Shown: positions 13,611 to 27,299 of the stretch, one piece after another
Layout of the letters: each line of letters begins with the position of its first letter
Position numbering within the stretch: the first letter of the stretch is position 1
DNA from: Lama guanicoe
Taxonomy: Eukaryota
DNA length: 64,000 nt
NCBI GenBank assembly: GCA_013239625.1
Contig: MU053873.1
Coordinates: 3,424,524-3,488,523 of the forward strand
Reading direction: 5' to 3'
Translations under genes and position numbers: made by a program
The notes under the pieces: generated by a model
The model's database searches: none
Seen by the model: only the letters and a program-made list of their open reading frames with translations
What the model was told of the DNA's origin: nothing

Positions 13611-16526
13611 CCTCTTGCTGCCTGCCCACCCCTGCCAAAAAAAAAAAAAAAAAAAAAAAAAGATTGGGTACATACAGTTGAACCAGGAACAAAGCTCAGA
13701 TGTTCCCGAATAGTGGCTTTAAGTCGATCACAAACTTTTAGACCCAAGATCTAAAATTTCTGGGAGCTAATGCCTGATTGCTCACATGGTTCTCAATGTC
13801 TACAGGATGCTTTCAACAAAGCACAAGTTTGTATGAAAGATAAAATCATTCACACACAGAGGCATGGGACTCAACTAAATAATTACAAAGGTTCTGGGTA
13901 ATGCAGAGGTCAGAAGCAACGACTCTGACACATCCAGGATACACAATACTCTTTACAAGTGAAAATAAAGGAAATCTTAAATGGTAACCAGAAAAGTAAA
14001 TTCATAAAGGGGAAAAAAAGCATACAGATATAAAAGCCAAAAACTCCGATAGGGTACCATGCCCTCCTAGATGAATATTACTAACCTAAATCCCCAATGA
14101 ATAATTCTCTCTTTCATTTCTTCCAACTCCCAGCAGGAATGAACAGATATAAATCAAAATGAATATTTAGTTAATTACATTTACCTATTTCATACAAACC
14201 ATAAACATATCTTTGACTCTATCAAATTAGAACCTTCACTTCCTGACTTAAAACCTTACAGGAGAAAATTATAAATGAAATGTAATTGAGGAATGTTGTA
14301 AATAGTTAGGTCTTCTAAACATCCAAGTTATCCGTGCCACCCCCGATTTAAATTCAGCATATACATGTTCAATAAAATATTCTTAGATTAATTAATGAGA
14401 TCACTCGTTTAGATAAAGAAGAGAATTGGAGCCCTGAATATTAACAGTCTAGTAGACAAAAGCACAAATGGTAGTGAATGTGGCCAAAGAAAAATTCACA
14501 GAATGTTCCAAGCAACTGGCTCTTAACTCAAAAGGGAACAAAGGAAATTGGGACTGGGAGGAGAATGTGAAAGGATAGTGGCAAGAAAAGTCTATCTAAA
14601 CCCTTGAAATAGCTGGATTACTTTCAGCCTTAAAACATGATGAAATGATAGAAAAGAAAAAAATTTCTGGCTAGGCCACCATGCCAATACTCTGTTCAGA
14701 CTGTAGTCAGTTTTTTCATTTATTACAGTTAATTGCATATCTAATAGTTAAATAAATAAACTGACAATTAAAATAAGGTAAAATTTAAAATAACGTAGGA
14801 TAGAAATATTATTCCAACAATCCACCTGATCTGTATTTCCCAAAGACATCTCAAAGAATGGTGATTTAAACTGGCAGTATGGAAATTAGGGTACAAGCAT
14901 ACATCACAGAATAAACATGACGAGAACAAAATCGGGGGGTGGGGGTGGGGAGGGTGTGAAACACCCAGAGGGTAACCATAATTTTAACAAGGGAAAAACA
15001 GAATGAGGCAATCAATTACACATATGTGTTCACTTTGTGATAATTCATGAGGTTATGCACTTAGGATTTGAGCATGTCGCTATACATACCTTCTAAAAAG
15101 GGTTTATTTAAAACAAAAGAGAAACAACCAATACGTATTTGTGTCATGATACTGTAAGTGTAAAATGAAGCAGTTCTCCGAGCAACTGTAATCTGATAGG
15201 AGGTACTGACAGACATACATAAAATACTTAATTGCATTGCATTTAGTTAAGTGCCAAATGCTCCACTGCTCAAGGAATCCTGCTGGCACTCCATCTCTCA
15301 GGTATCTGGCCCCAGATGGGTGATTGACACATCTATCTCTGGTTCCTTGTCATGTCCCCAGCGTTCAAAGACAACACCTCTAGCATCTTCCATTAAACAG
15401 GACGCTGGCCTTTGGAACAGACAGCGGCATCGTGTTAAGAAAGGATGCACCTCTTCCAACGTCATGAAGTAGTTGTTGACTTGTGTGCTCTTAAGCGGGA
15501 AATAGCCGGCTCTTGTGTGGTTTTTCTCTCTAATCCCCAGCACGACGCTTTGGACTTTATCAGCTCAATAAATATTTGATAAAGTTACTAAGGGAAGATC
15601 GGCATGGCTCGTGCTGGAGTCGCTGATGGTTTTAGGAAGAAGTGGAGTACAGGCTGGGCGTGTAGAGATTCATGGGCTACAGAGAGGCAGGACATTTCCG
15701 TGGAGATAAGGAAGGAATGAGACTTTGAACCTGGACAAAGCAAGTTCCTACGGAGAGGAGGTGGAAGGGATGCAGAGGCTGAACGCGCTGGCAGGGCTGG
15801 GCTCCATCTAGCAGGCTAAGGGATACGTTTGAAAGAACAGTGGTGCTCAGGGTTGACCAGTTACACAACGCTGAGTGTGCGCTGAAAGCTTCAGACGCCA
15901 GCAAGCCTGCTGGGGAATTGTTTTGCATTTAAGTGGGCGAGTGTTTCATAGAAACACTTAAAACTCAGCTCTCAGAGCCTGGTCTGAGGACTTCGGAGCT
16001 GGGACTCTTTCTACAACAAGCCCTGGGCAAAGCTGAATCCTGAGTCCTTCCTCGGTCTCATCTGCCACCACGTCTGTACCCAGATGACCCTTTTGTCTGC
16101 ATCCCAATCCTGCAGCCAAACTACAACAGGTACTAAGCGTCGACCCCCCTCTGTACTAACGGTGCCTGCACACTGCCTCCCCGGTGAACGTCTGTATCAG
16201 GATGTCAAGATGTTAGCAAAAGCCTCCAAAGCTCAAACAGGCAGACCTTTGAGAATGGAACACCAGGTGGTGACGCCGCCACTGCCCACCCTCTGAGGCA
16301 GGAAGGCCCGGAGCCCACTGCCGCAGCCCCTCAGGGACTCCTGGATGCAGCTGCTTTTTTCATAGCGGAACATTAAATTTAATGAATATGAGATGACTTC
16401 TTACCAGACCAAGGTGGTTTCTGTGATTATTAAGTCCAAAGTCATTTTAACTTATAACCAGCTGACTCTAATAATTTGTTAATTAAATGACAACCATTTT
16501 TTCTCTTGAATGCAAAGGTAAGAGTT

Positions 16527-16822
16527 TTTTTTTCTTCTTTTTTTTAACTGAAGTATAGTCAGTTTATGTCATGTCAATTACTGGTATAAAGCATAATGTT
16601 TCAGTCATCCATACACATACATATATTCCTTTTCATATTCTTTTTCATTATAGGTTCCTACCAGATACTGACTACAGTTGCCTGTGCTATACAGAAGAAA
16701 TGTTGTTTATCTGTTTTATATTTAGTAGTATCTACAAATCTCGAACTCCCAATTTATCCCTTCCTAACCTCTTCTCCTACCAGTAACCGTAAGTTTGTCC
16801 TCTATGTCTGTGAGTCTGTTTC
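16527..16822 (-). mobile_element. Short young L1 3' end
   Basis: Reverse complement of 41330-41615 (tgaagtatagtcagttta...ctatgtctgtgagtctgtttc). Confidence 0.85.
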
Positions 16823-17759
16823 CGAACATTAAGTATTTTTTAAAGTTACATGGTTAAGTTTAATTCTTGTTATTTCGTACTCTTGGGGCTTTATATGTTC
16901 TCCGAGGAGTGGGGATGTGGCCGTGGGAAGAGGGGGCTGGCTTTATCAGTGAAGGCTCTTCCTATTCTGTGTGCATGGCGGGGACAATTATCCAGCTGCT
17001 CTTCCATGACCGTCTACTCAACACAGCCGCCCAGCTGAGCCCCCTATTTCTGTGGATGCTCGGGCTAACACCTGTCCTAGCAGTGCACAGACGCCCACGA
17101 GGGCCACAGCAAAGTTGATGGGCAGGACCCCGTGTGTATAATCGGGGGACCATTACTTCACCCCTGGAATGCTGTCATCATGCTGAGAAAATATTCACAC
17201 AGTCTACAAATAGACTCTTACTCTTTACACAAAATGATATACAGATTAGAGTTTCATAGTACTGGCAGTGGAAAGGACTTCATGCTAAAACAAAAAGACA
17301 ATCAAAAGAAAAAAAAAAAAGAAAAGTCAGTTCCTCTGATGTGTAAAATACTGAACCATACACTTCACAGTCACAAAGGAGGCAACAGCATCAGAGGTTA
17401 TCTTTGGTCTCGAGGAATTTAGACTCCAGTTAGAGAAACAGCATGGAAGGGGCACCTGGAAATACCACATATGCCACAGGAAGTGCCAAATAAAGGGCAC
17501 GTAAGTGGAGCAGGAACATCAGAGAACAGACAGTTCGTGGTTAAGCTAATCCTTGAATGGCTGGATCTTTGAGAAGAGCACAGGCCAGAAGGGGGGACCC
17601 CCAGAGGGAGGCAGTGTGGACGCAGGTGTACGTGCTGGAAGAAAAAGACAAAGAAAGAAAGAAAAGACTGAGGCCCATTTGGGTGACTTGAACGGCAATC
17701 ATGAGTGGACTTCATCATGCAGTGGAGGCCTGGGACAGGTTCAGACCACGAATCTGACG

Positions 17760-18990
17760 TGATGTTTTCAGATTCCCTCGTCGCAGAGAGAAGAGGGACA
17801 GGAGAATTAAAGTCAGAATCGGAGAGCCAGTCCTAAAAAATGTGCGTCAGCATGTAATCCACATAGTAGGACCCAGGGTCCAGACTGCGGTGTGATCGCA
17901 GGCATACACCAGATGGTGGCGGTGAGGGGGGGTGACAGGGCATGTGTGACAAGGAGGGTTTGGGGCCCTGGGTGGCACGGAGGATGGCAGCATCATTAAC
18001 ATCAATAGGAAGGAGGGAAAAGGGTGTGTGTATTTTGGTTTCTGAGTTCGGGGTTTTCCGGTGAAGGGAGGAGGTGATTAGGAAGGTCCTGGATTGGTCC
18101 CAGTGGGGGCCGGGGTGACATATGACGCCAGATGTGGTCTCTACACAGATGAGCCACAAGACTAACAAGCCAGCTCACTAAGGCCAGAGGCAAAGCAGCG
18201 GATCGGGTGCCCGGCGACCTGGGGGAGCAGACGGGACAGGCAGGGACACACAAGTCAAAGGCCAAGGGCCTCACACAGCCTTGCAGGGCTGGGAATTAAA
18301 CAGAAGATGCCCAACTCCATCACATCCGCTGGCCACTCTGTCTCTTCACTTCCCGTACGTTGACTAGTTCCTTTCCTTTCCTGGTTTTGAATATTTAAGG
18401 AAATACATTTTATAGAATGTATTGGCTCCCCTAAATTATAGAAACAATGCTATACTATTGCCCCCAAAATGGCCTTTAAGTTCTCCTTCAGCCTTCTTTT
18501 CTCCCGTCCCCCACATTCACTAGCCAACCTGGCAGGTTCTAGGATAAACTCCACTGCACCCCCTCCTTGCATCCCCACTGCCCTCGTCTGACCTAAAACA
18601 CTACCATCGACTTCCTGGATGGCGGCGGCAGCTTCCAGATTCATCTTCCTGCTCCCGCTCTCCCACTTTTGACTCAGATAAATCACTCGCCATAAAGAGG
18701 CTGGAATGACCTTAAAACAAATCAGATGTGGTCGAAAACGATCAGAGCTTCCCATTACATGCACAGTAAAGCCCTGTCCCCGGCCCACCTCCCTGCCCAC
18801 CTCGGCCTCTGGCTGTTTCTGGAGCACGCTGCGCCCCCGCTGATGGCCACACTGCTCCCTCTGCCGAGAATGCTCTTCCACCTGATCTCAAAACCAACCG
18901 CTTCCTCAAACCACTTCCTCCAAGAAACATTCCCGAAATAACTAATTTCAGCAACTGCCTAGGCAGTCTCTTTCTCGTCACCTGCCTTCT
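17760..18990. mobile_element. L2 LINE fragments in both orientations
   Basis: ggatggcagcatcattaac...gagttcggg (antisense) and cttaaaacaaatcagat...gaatgctcttccacc (sense). Confidence 0.5.
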
Positions 18991-19599
18991 TCTCCCACTT
19001 AGACCAGACTCACATTCACAACCCCGATGTCAGAGGGTCCCCGGACCTCACACATGGTTAGCACGCCCTGGACTCTGGCTCCTCTTTTATGCTAACAAGT
19101 TTTATGGTTTTCATCAACTCCTTGTGCTAATGTTCCTTAGTTTCCTGATCAATAAAAACAAAGGGATTGGGATCCGTAAAATCAAATATTTCATTGAAGC
19201 TTCACGTTCTTCAGTTTCATGAATTAAACTGGGGTCGGTTTTGATTTCACCCTTTTTCGCTGTTGCCCTTACTGCTGTTTTGATGGGTGGAGATGTGGGG
19301 GAAAAAAGAGACAAAGAAAAAAAGGGGGTAAAGGAAGAAAAGTGGGAGGGAAAGGAGGAAGAGAGGATGGGGAGAGGCCGAGGGCTTTTACGGAACCACT
19401 TCTTGTGGGAAATTAATAGTACTGCTTCGCCCCGGCAACACGTAGCTATTTCAGGAAGCCACTACCCACCGCGTGCATGGAAGCTCCAGCGCTTGTTAAC
19501 CTGAACTCTACTGCTGTCCCCTAAGATGTTTGTCTACATCATCAGCTCAGGACAGTGAGGAAGAGCCTGCGTTCTGGAGAACAGCAGACCCCCAAGTCT

Positions 19600-19760
19600 G
19601 TAAGGGCAATTCCAGCTCAGCCATCATTGTTTAAAGATGCCGGGCAAGTGGCTTCACCTCTTGAGTGTGGTCCTCTCACCTATAAAATGGGGCTAACACT
19701 GACCTCAGCATGGGCTCATTTCGAAGACTAAATGAGATCAGCATGTGTAACCCGAGCACT
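19600..19760 (+). mobile_element. MIR SINE
   Basis: gggcaagtggcttcacctc...ctcacctataaaatggggctaa...actaaatgagat. Confidence 0.65.
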
Positions 19761-20981
19761 GAAGGGCTTGAGAACAGGCTGGTGTCACCCCTACAGTACC
19801 GACACAGTCCTGTGCATCTGAGGTTCACATGTGCTGACTCATCACCAGCGTCTGTGCATCACTGTGTGAAGTTATAACAACGGTGCTTTGTGCCGAGAGT
19901 TTTACAGATAGTCCCAATTTCATATATTTAACCCATTTTCCTGCAAGGAACCAAACACTTAATTCCAAAAATAAAACTACACTGCAGGACATAATATAGT
20001 AGTAACCAGAGCCGGAATTAACCTACCATTGTAACAACCAGATACTGGACAAATTTATGAAATAATGTTTTCAGACATAGGAGAGCAACAGTCCCTGAAA
20101 GACGGGAAATCAACAAAGGGATTGAAATCTGGTGCTGAGAGGGGGACACAGGCAGACCATGATGGTCCCACTAAGGTGAGGCCACCAGGAGTTCAGGGAG
20201 GCAGAAAAATCAATGAAATGAAGAGCTGTGTAGCTAATAAGCCAGTGGTGACAACAACACAACATACTAGAAACTACTCAATCCAAAGGAAGACAGGATA
20301 AGAAAAAAAATCAACAAAGAAATAAATAAAAGGATTGAGATTTAAATCCAACTATACTGTAAGTATTTAACTGTAAATGGTCTAATTAAAAGGCAGAGAT
20401 TACTAGAGAACAGACATACCATGCAAACCACTAATATCAAGAAAGCTAGAGTGATGACATCAACATGAGATGAAGTAGACGTGGGAACCATCAGTCATCA
20501 CCAGGATAAAGGACTTCTCATCTTGATAAAGCGGTGGACCAGGAAGACGTAACAATCATCACATGTGTGGACCTATCATGGGAGATGCAACAGTTCCTCT
20601 CCAATGCACTAACGACCGAGAAATGGACGTCCACAACAAGCCTTGACTAAAAATGTCCATAGCAACTTGACTCATTATTGCCCCAGACTGGAAGCACCCC
20701 TGATGTCCATAAATCGTGTCCCGTCCAAACAACGGATTACCATTTGGCCATCAAGGAAACAAAACCCCCACACAAGCCGCACAACAGATGAACCGCGAGG
20801 AGGACACGGTTCTGAGGCAAGTGAGCTGGACACAAAGGGGTGCAACGGATCGGATTCTACTGATAGGAAGTCGTAGAAACATCCAGGGTAATCTGTCTGA
20901 CTGAAAGCAGGGCAGCGGTGGCCTGGGGCTGGGATGAGCTGTTTACAAAGGGGGCAAGAGCATCCTTTTTAAAGTGATGGA

Positions 20982-21205
20982 TCGTATGGGAAGTTTATTT
21001 TTAGTTTTTTAAGGAGCCTCTATACTGTTCTCCACGGTGGCCACACTAACGCACATTCCCACTCCTGGGCATATATCCGGAGGAAAATATAATTTGAAAA
21101 GACGCATGCACTCCAATGTTCACAGCAGCACTATTTACAATAGCCAAGACGTGGGAACAACCCAAATGTCCACTGACAGCTGACTGGATAAAGAAAGAGA
21201 GAGAG

Positions 21206-21244
<39 letters not shown>

Positions 21245-21270
21245 CTATTCAGCCATTAAAAAGGATAAAA
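20982..21270 (+). mobile_element. Younger L1 insertion with 5' inversion, flanked by a TSD
   Basis: 20979-21061 is antisense L1 and 21058-21270 is sense L1. TSD taaagtga(t/a)gga at 20970-20981 and 21271-21282. Confidence 0.85.
21196..21240 (+). repeat. Compound (GA)n(GT)n microsatellite
   Basis: Directly visible in the sequence. Confidence 0.95.
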
Positions 21271-21951
21271 TAAAGTGAAGGAAAGGGTCCATGTATGGAC
21301 TGTGGTTGTTGGTAACCGGGTGTACACTTTGGTCAAAACTCAAACTCTGTACTTAAAAAATGGGTACATTTTACTGTGTGCATTTCCTGCCTCAATAGAT
21401 AGAATTGTTTTTAAAAAGTAAAACCAACAGCATACAGCATATTTATCCGTCAACAAAGAAAAATGCAGTAATAACTGGATTCTGAACTGAATACCTCAGA
21501 AACTGAGGTATGTGGTATCAGGAGGAAGAAATCAGGCATGTTTGGAACATCATAAGCTAAAAAGTAACAACGGAAGAATAGGGCCTGAATCAATGTTCCC
21601 AGGAAGCTGTCAATTTCAAGCCCTTTTCCCTCAACAATTCTGAATCCACTTGTTGGCTGGAGAGTAGACTACAAAACAAAACTAATTTCAATCTTCTTAA
21701 ATAGTCAGAAAGCATATGGTAAGCAAACAGGTTTCTTTCAGCAAACTTTGAAGACAATGATTTTTTTTTTAATCGAAGCAGTGAAAATTCCAATTAAGAA
21801 AAAAAAATTTCTTTGGGGCACAAATGCACCTTACAAGGTACGATTATTTGCTTCTTGAAGAAGTGGTCCTAGTTTTCTCTGGCTGTGTTCCAATGTTACA
21901 TTCTCTTTAAAGGACCAGAAAAATTCCTGCCCCAGCTGTGCTGGGATTTCT

Positions 21952-22206
21952 ATTTAATTTTTATTTAATTTTGTTTTATTTTATTTTATTTTAATTGAAG
22001 TATAGTTGATTTACAATGTTGTGTTAGTTTCTGGTGTACAGCATAGTGATTCAGTTATGCATAGACACATATATGTTCTTTTTCATTATAGTTTATTACA
22101 AGATACTGAATGTAGTTCCCTATACTACAGAGTAGGTCCTTGTTGTTCATGTTCATCTATTTTATATATAGTAGTTCGTATCTGCTAACCCCAAACTCCT
22201 ATTTTA
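21952..22206 (-). mobile_element. Short L1 3' end with (TTTTA)n tail and TSD
   Basis: ttgaagtatagttgatttacaatgttgtgttagtttctggtgtacagc. tgggatttct is repeated at 21942-21951 and 22207-22216. Confidence 0.85.
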
Positions 22207-24659
22207 TGGGATTTCTCTTCTAACTCACATTATAAGAATCTTCTCTGTTTCTCAGCAAGCAGAAAGAGATCAGAGTCGGAACAGAGGTTGGAATTCTCTA
22301 AGAAATATACTAAGACCCCAGATTTGTGAATATTGCTACAGCATGTCATTTTTCCCCCCTGAAATATGTGGACCTGGCAGGGAAGAGAGCTACAGCGCCG
22401 AGTCAGCTGCAGATGTCGGCTAATCGTCCAGACTTACCTCGTGGCTAAGAGAGCAGTTTCCCCACACTTCCCTTGGGTTCGAAAGTCTTGCCTCAGAAAC
22501 ATCCCAGTGGCCCCTTCCAGGAATCCCGGGGACTCCCGGGCAGTAGTAAACCCGCTGCCCAGCTGTTCGATCCCGGCACGCCACAAGCCTCTGGGTTGCA
22601 CACCCATCCTTCGGCAGGGCGGGCTGGCTGCCGGAGAATGGCCTCTGTGGCCTGATGCTGCCTTCATCTTTCCACTGCGACATTTCCAGGGGCCACTTAA
22701 AACACCCTCGATTCTGAATGTCTCATTCGGCAAAGCACACAAAGTAGACCTGCTACAGAAAGATCTTTGTGCACTGCCCCCAAATTCTGGATTTTAGTAT
22801 CACAATACGTGAAACAGGAATTGTATACTTGTTATATTATTAAAAAAACCAAACCAACTCCACATGCACATCAATTTCCACACTATTCCTGGTGACAGGC
22901 AGAAAACAGCAGCTGTGAAGAAACTGAGTCCCATTCAGGCTCTGCTTTTTGGGGGGGGAGGGGTGTTGCATGAATTTGGTCACATTACTTAACCTGGCGT
23001 AGAAACACTCGTGCTGTGTTTAGTACCCGGGGAGCATCACTGCCTTAAACCAATAGTCATTCCCACCAAGCATGGGCTCGGAAGAGCTCAGGGAAAATTA
23101 AGTAGCAACCACTTCAAAGATCAGAGACAGAGTTGCCAGCCTGCAGGTCAGGGGTCCAGCGGTCACGTGCCAGCGTTCCTATAGTTCTGGTGATCAGCAG
23201 ATGTTAAAGGACTGTGCTATTCCAGGAAAAACTCACATCTGAGTTTTTCTGAGAAGCGATAATCACGGCTGGTCTTAGAACCTGAATAATGGGCTTGAAA
23301 AAACGGACACCCAGCCATAATAAACTGGCTTCAAACAAACAAACAAGATGACTGAATGTCTCACAGAACGGGTTGAAGCCTTTTTACCCTCTCTGAAGGA
23401 AAGCTGCCTCAGACGGCTCAGGTGGCCCCAGTTTGCAGAGCCGCACACGGCAGGGAGGATGACATCTCCGGGCTTAGGGAGACTCCAGTACCAGGAGTTG
23501 ATACCCAGGCTCCTAGGGGCCAACACAAACTAGGAGGCAGCGGAAGAGACTGCCTGCCAGTGGGGTGAACAGCCTTCCCCACCGAAGCAGGGTCTTTCCT
23601 CTCGGGGCAGCGTTTCTAGTGGGAAACAGGTTGAAAACTGCGCAGAGTCTGGGCCCATGACTTCTCTGGATTCCCTCACCACCAGCTGCCTGTGGCTGTG
23701 GGGCCTCTTCCATTGAAAATCCAATTAGCTGTGCTTAGTCAAGTGTTTATCTCTGGTATTGGAAAGTCTAAATGGATCTTTAACTCTTTCCCTTGCTAAA
23801 AGTCTCCACAAAAGGCACGGATAATTGATGCAGAACTGAATGGGGCCCCAGGGTTTCCTTCTCTGTTGGGGCTCACTGCTGGAGGAAGTTTTGCAGATAA
23901 GACGGGGTTAGAACCCAGACCTGTCAATCAGGGAGGGCATTTGTCTGGGGAAGGCCCCGTGCAGGGACAGAAACCAACGCTTCCAAACAAAGGTGGAAAC
24001 AAAAGAGAAAAACAAAGATGGAAGCTGGTCGCCAGATTAAAATTTCCCTCTCTACAGGGTCTCAATTTGCTATAATGTAACTCTGGTCTTTGAGCCACAA
24101 ATTGTACAGTTGTAAATACTTGCGGATTTTAGCCACCTACTATGTTCTGAAGCAAGAAGCACTTCAAACAATAATTTTATAATTATGAAACAGATTGGAA
24201 AGTTCGTTCTTTGAAATTGACCAGAAGAGTAATCCTAAAATGTTTTCTTCTGTGTTACTTATGTGTTGGGTTATTTCTTTCTTTCTTTCTTTTTTTAACT
24301 ATTTTTGTGATCTTGTATAACTAACAAATTTTAAAGAATAGGTCCCTATGACATATCTATGTCCATCTTTTTTCTACTAAAGACTGCTCAGAAGTTTTTT
24401 TAAAAGGACCTTAAAAGGTTGCAATTGCTGTTTTTCCAATGTATTCTTTTTTTTTTCAATGTTTTCTTTTTATAAGAAAATGTATACTTTTGTTTTCAAA
24501 GCCCATGGTAAGGCATATTTCTTATGCTTTATCCCCAAATGCCAAATATAATTTAAGCATTCTTTCTACCTAAATGTTCTTTGAAATCAAGCTAAATATG
24601 CTTGAGACCAACATTAATATCTGTTTAAGAAGTTGAAGTGAAAAGTAAAAACTGAAAAG

Positions 24660-26620
24660 GCACCAGACTGGAAAGAAGTAAATTTGTTTTTATTCAGAGA
24701 CAGGATCCTGCATGTAGAAAATCCTAAGGAATTCACACACACACACAAATCTAGTAGAACTAATAAATTAGTTCAGCAAGATTGCAGGATATGAGGTCAC
24801 TATACAAAAACCCATTCTATTCCCATGTACTAGCAGTGAACTACCAAAAATGAAATTAAAAAAACAATTCCATTCAGAATAGCATCAAAAACATTAGAAC
24901 ACTTGCGAATAAATTTAACAAGACATGTAAGACTGAAAACTACAAAGCACCGCTAAGAGAAATTAAAGATGACCTACACAAATGTAGAGACATTTCATTT
25001 TCACAGATTGAAGACTTATAATGGTTTAAATGGCAGTTCTCTGCAAATTGACCTATAGGTTCGACACAACCCCTATCAAAATCCAAGCAGAATTTTTTTT
25101 TTGCAGAAATTAAAAACTAACACTAAAATTCATATGGAATTGCAAAGGATCCAGAAGAGGCAAAAAGAATTTTTGAAAAGAAAAGGATAATAGGATTTTT
25201 ATTTCCTGATTTCAAAACTTAGTATAAAGCTACAGTAATCAAGACAGTATGATCCTGGCATAAGGACAGACATATACATCAGTGGAACAAAACTGAGAGT
25301 CCAAAAAACAGGTCCTTACATTTATGGTCAATTAATTCTGAACAAAGGTGCCAAGACAATTCAATGGGGAAAGAAGACTTTTTTTATCCCCCAAACAAAA
25401 AAAACAACCTTTTCGCACAACTGGTTATCCACATGCAAAAAAAAAAAAAGATGAATTTAGGCCCTCAATTCACAGCATGCATGACAATTAAAAAAAAATC
25501 AACTAAAGACCTAAATGTAAGAGCTAAAATGATAAAACTTTCTAGAAGAAAAATAGAAAAAAAAATCTTTGTGGAATTCAGTTTGGCAAAAAGTTCTTAG
25601 ATATGACACCAAAGTATAATTCATTTAAAAAATTTTATAAATTGGACTTCATCAAAATTAAACCCTTCTCCACTTCAAAGTTCACCATCAAGAAAATGAA
25701 GAAAGAAGCCACTGACTAGGAGAAAATATTTGTAAATTATACATATGATAAATAATATAAAGACCATCAGTTTTTTAAGTGGACAGAAGATTTAAGTAGA
25801 CATTTTTCCAAGGAAGCCATAAAAACCGGTTCATCACCACAAACACATTAATATCATGACCTGCTGGGGAAACTCAAATCAAGACCACATTCAAGCACCA
25901 CCATTCGTGCCCACCAAGATGGTGAGAATCAAAGAGCCAACAGCAAGTGTGGATGAGGCTACGGCACACCTGGAACTCTCATAAAATGATGGTGAGAATG
26001 TAAAATATAGTACCATTTAGAAAAAAATTAGTGATTTCTTAAAAAAGTTAAACATGAAGCTAACCATACAGCCCAGCAGTTCCACTCCTGGTTACAGATC
26101 CAAGAGAAATGAAGACATACAGCCATGCTTGTAGTGAACATTCACAACTGCATCATTTTTGTAATAGAAAAAAGGCAGGAATAATTCAAATGTCCATCAA
26201 ATGGCAAAGGGATAAACCAAATGTGGTCCACCCACAGAATGGAACATCATTCAGCAACAAAAGGGAATGAAGGACTAGTATGCACAGTGGGGATGAACCT
26301 CCAAAACTTTGGGCGAAATGAAAGAAGCCAGATGCAAAAGGCTACAGTCTAGAAACGGCAAGATTCCATTCATATGAAATGTTCAGAACAGCAAGCTAAC
26401 TATAGAGACAGAAGGCAGATAAGAGGCTGCCTGGGGCTGGGATGGGAATAGGAAGTGACTACAAACAGGCATGAGGGATCACTGAGACGCGGAAATGCTT
26501 TAATATTGGAGTGTGGTAACGGCTGCACAACTCTGTAGGTTTACTAATACTCATCAAATTATACACTTACAGTGGGTGAATTTTACGGCATGTCTTACCA
26601 TGTCTCAATAAAGCTGTTTT
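24660..26620 (+). mobile_element. L1MB/L1MC-type LINE, ORF2 3' part plus 3'UTR
   Basis: Colinear ORF2 motifs (agttcagcaagattgcaggata; aattcatatggaa; aaaggtgccaagacaattcaatgggga). Ends ctcaataaagctg. Confidence 0.9.
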
Positions 26621-27299
26621 TAAGAGTCAAAATTACCAAGTTTATTTTGACCAGAAACCCCATTTTAGACACCAACATCATCCCACATGAATTCAAACAG
26701 ATCAATATTCAAATTCTGGACTAAGCTCTGAAGTCAGTGTGAGAAAACGAAAGGTCTTCCGTGACAATAATGATGTGATGTAATATTACATTAACCATGA
26801 TGTTCTTCGTACTTGAGAGTAACATTTGCATACTTTATGAATTAAAGCATCTATTTTGGAGTCTCCTTATAATCAGAAACATCCTTCCCTAACAGGAGAG
26901 GGTATGCAGACAGAGAAGCTGAGTAGATTGTCAACAGACAGATGGAATTTACCACGTGCTATGCACCCCACTTTTGTATGATGAAATTATCCTTTCAGTC
27001 TATCACAGAAGAAAATGGTAGCAAAATCATCTTAAACATAACTGATTTTCCTGTCCGGTAACCAGTATCCCTTTGAAACCAATCTTTCAACGAGCCAAAT
27101 CAGGGACATCATGTCAATACCTAAGTGAGTGTTTTACTGACGGCAAATTAGGAATCAACTTAATTGATGTCCTAGAAGATGCAGAATTTCTATAGAATTT
27201 CTATGTAAGGATGAGGAGGATAAAGGCAGCTGTCACTCAACCTTTTTTATTCTGAAAACTGGAAATTAGAAACAAAGAACTAAATATTTATCCTGCTCT

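Larger units (their letters stand above)
19990..21400 (+). mobile_element. Old L1 fragments (5' end, ORF2 start, L1ME-type 3' end) interrupted by a younger L1 insertion
   Basis: aatggtctaattaaaaggcagagatt (ORF2 start) and ggtcaaaactc...cctcaata (3' end). Confidence 0.7.
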
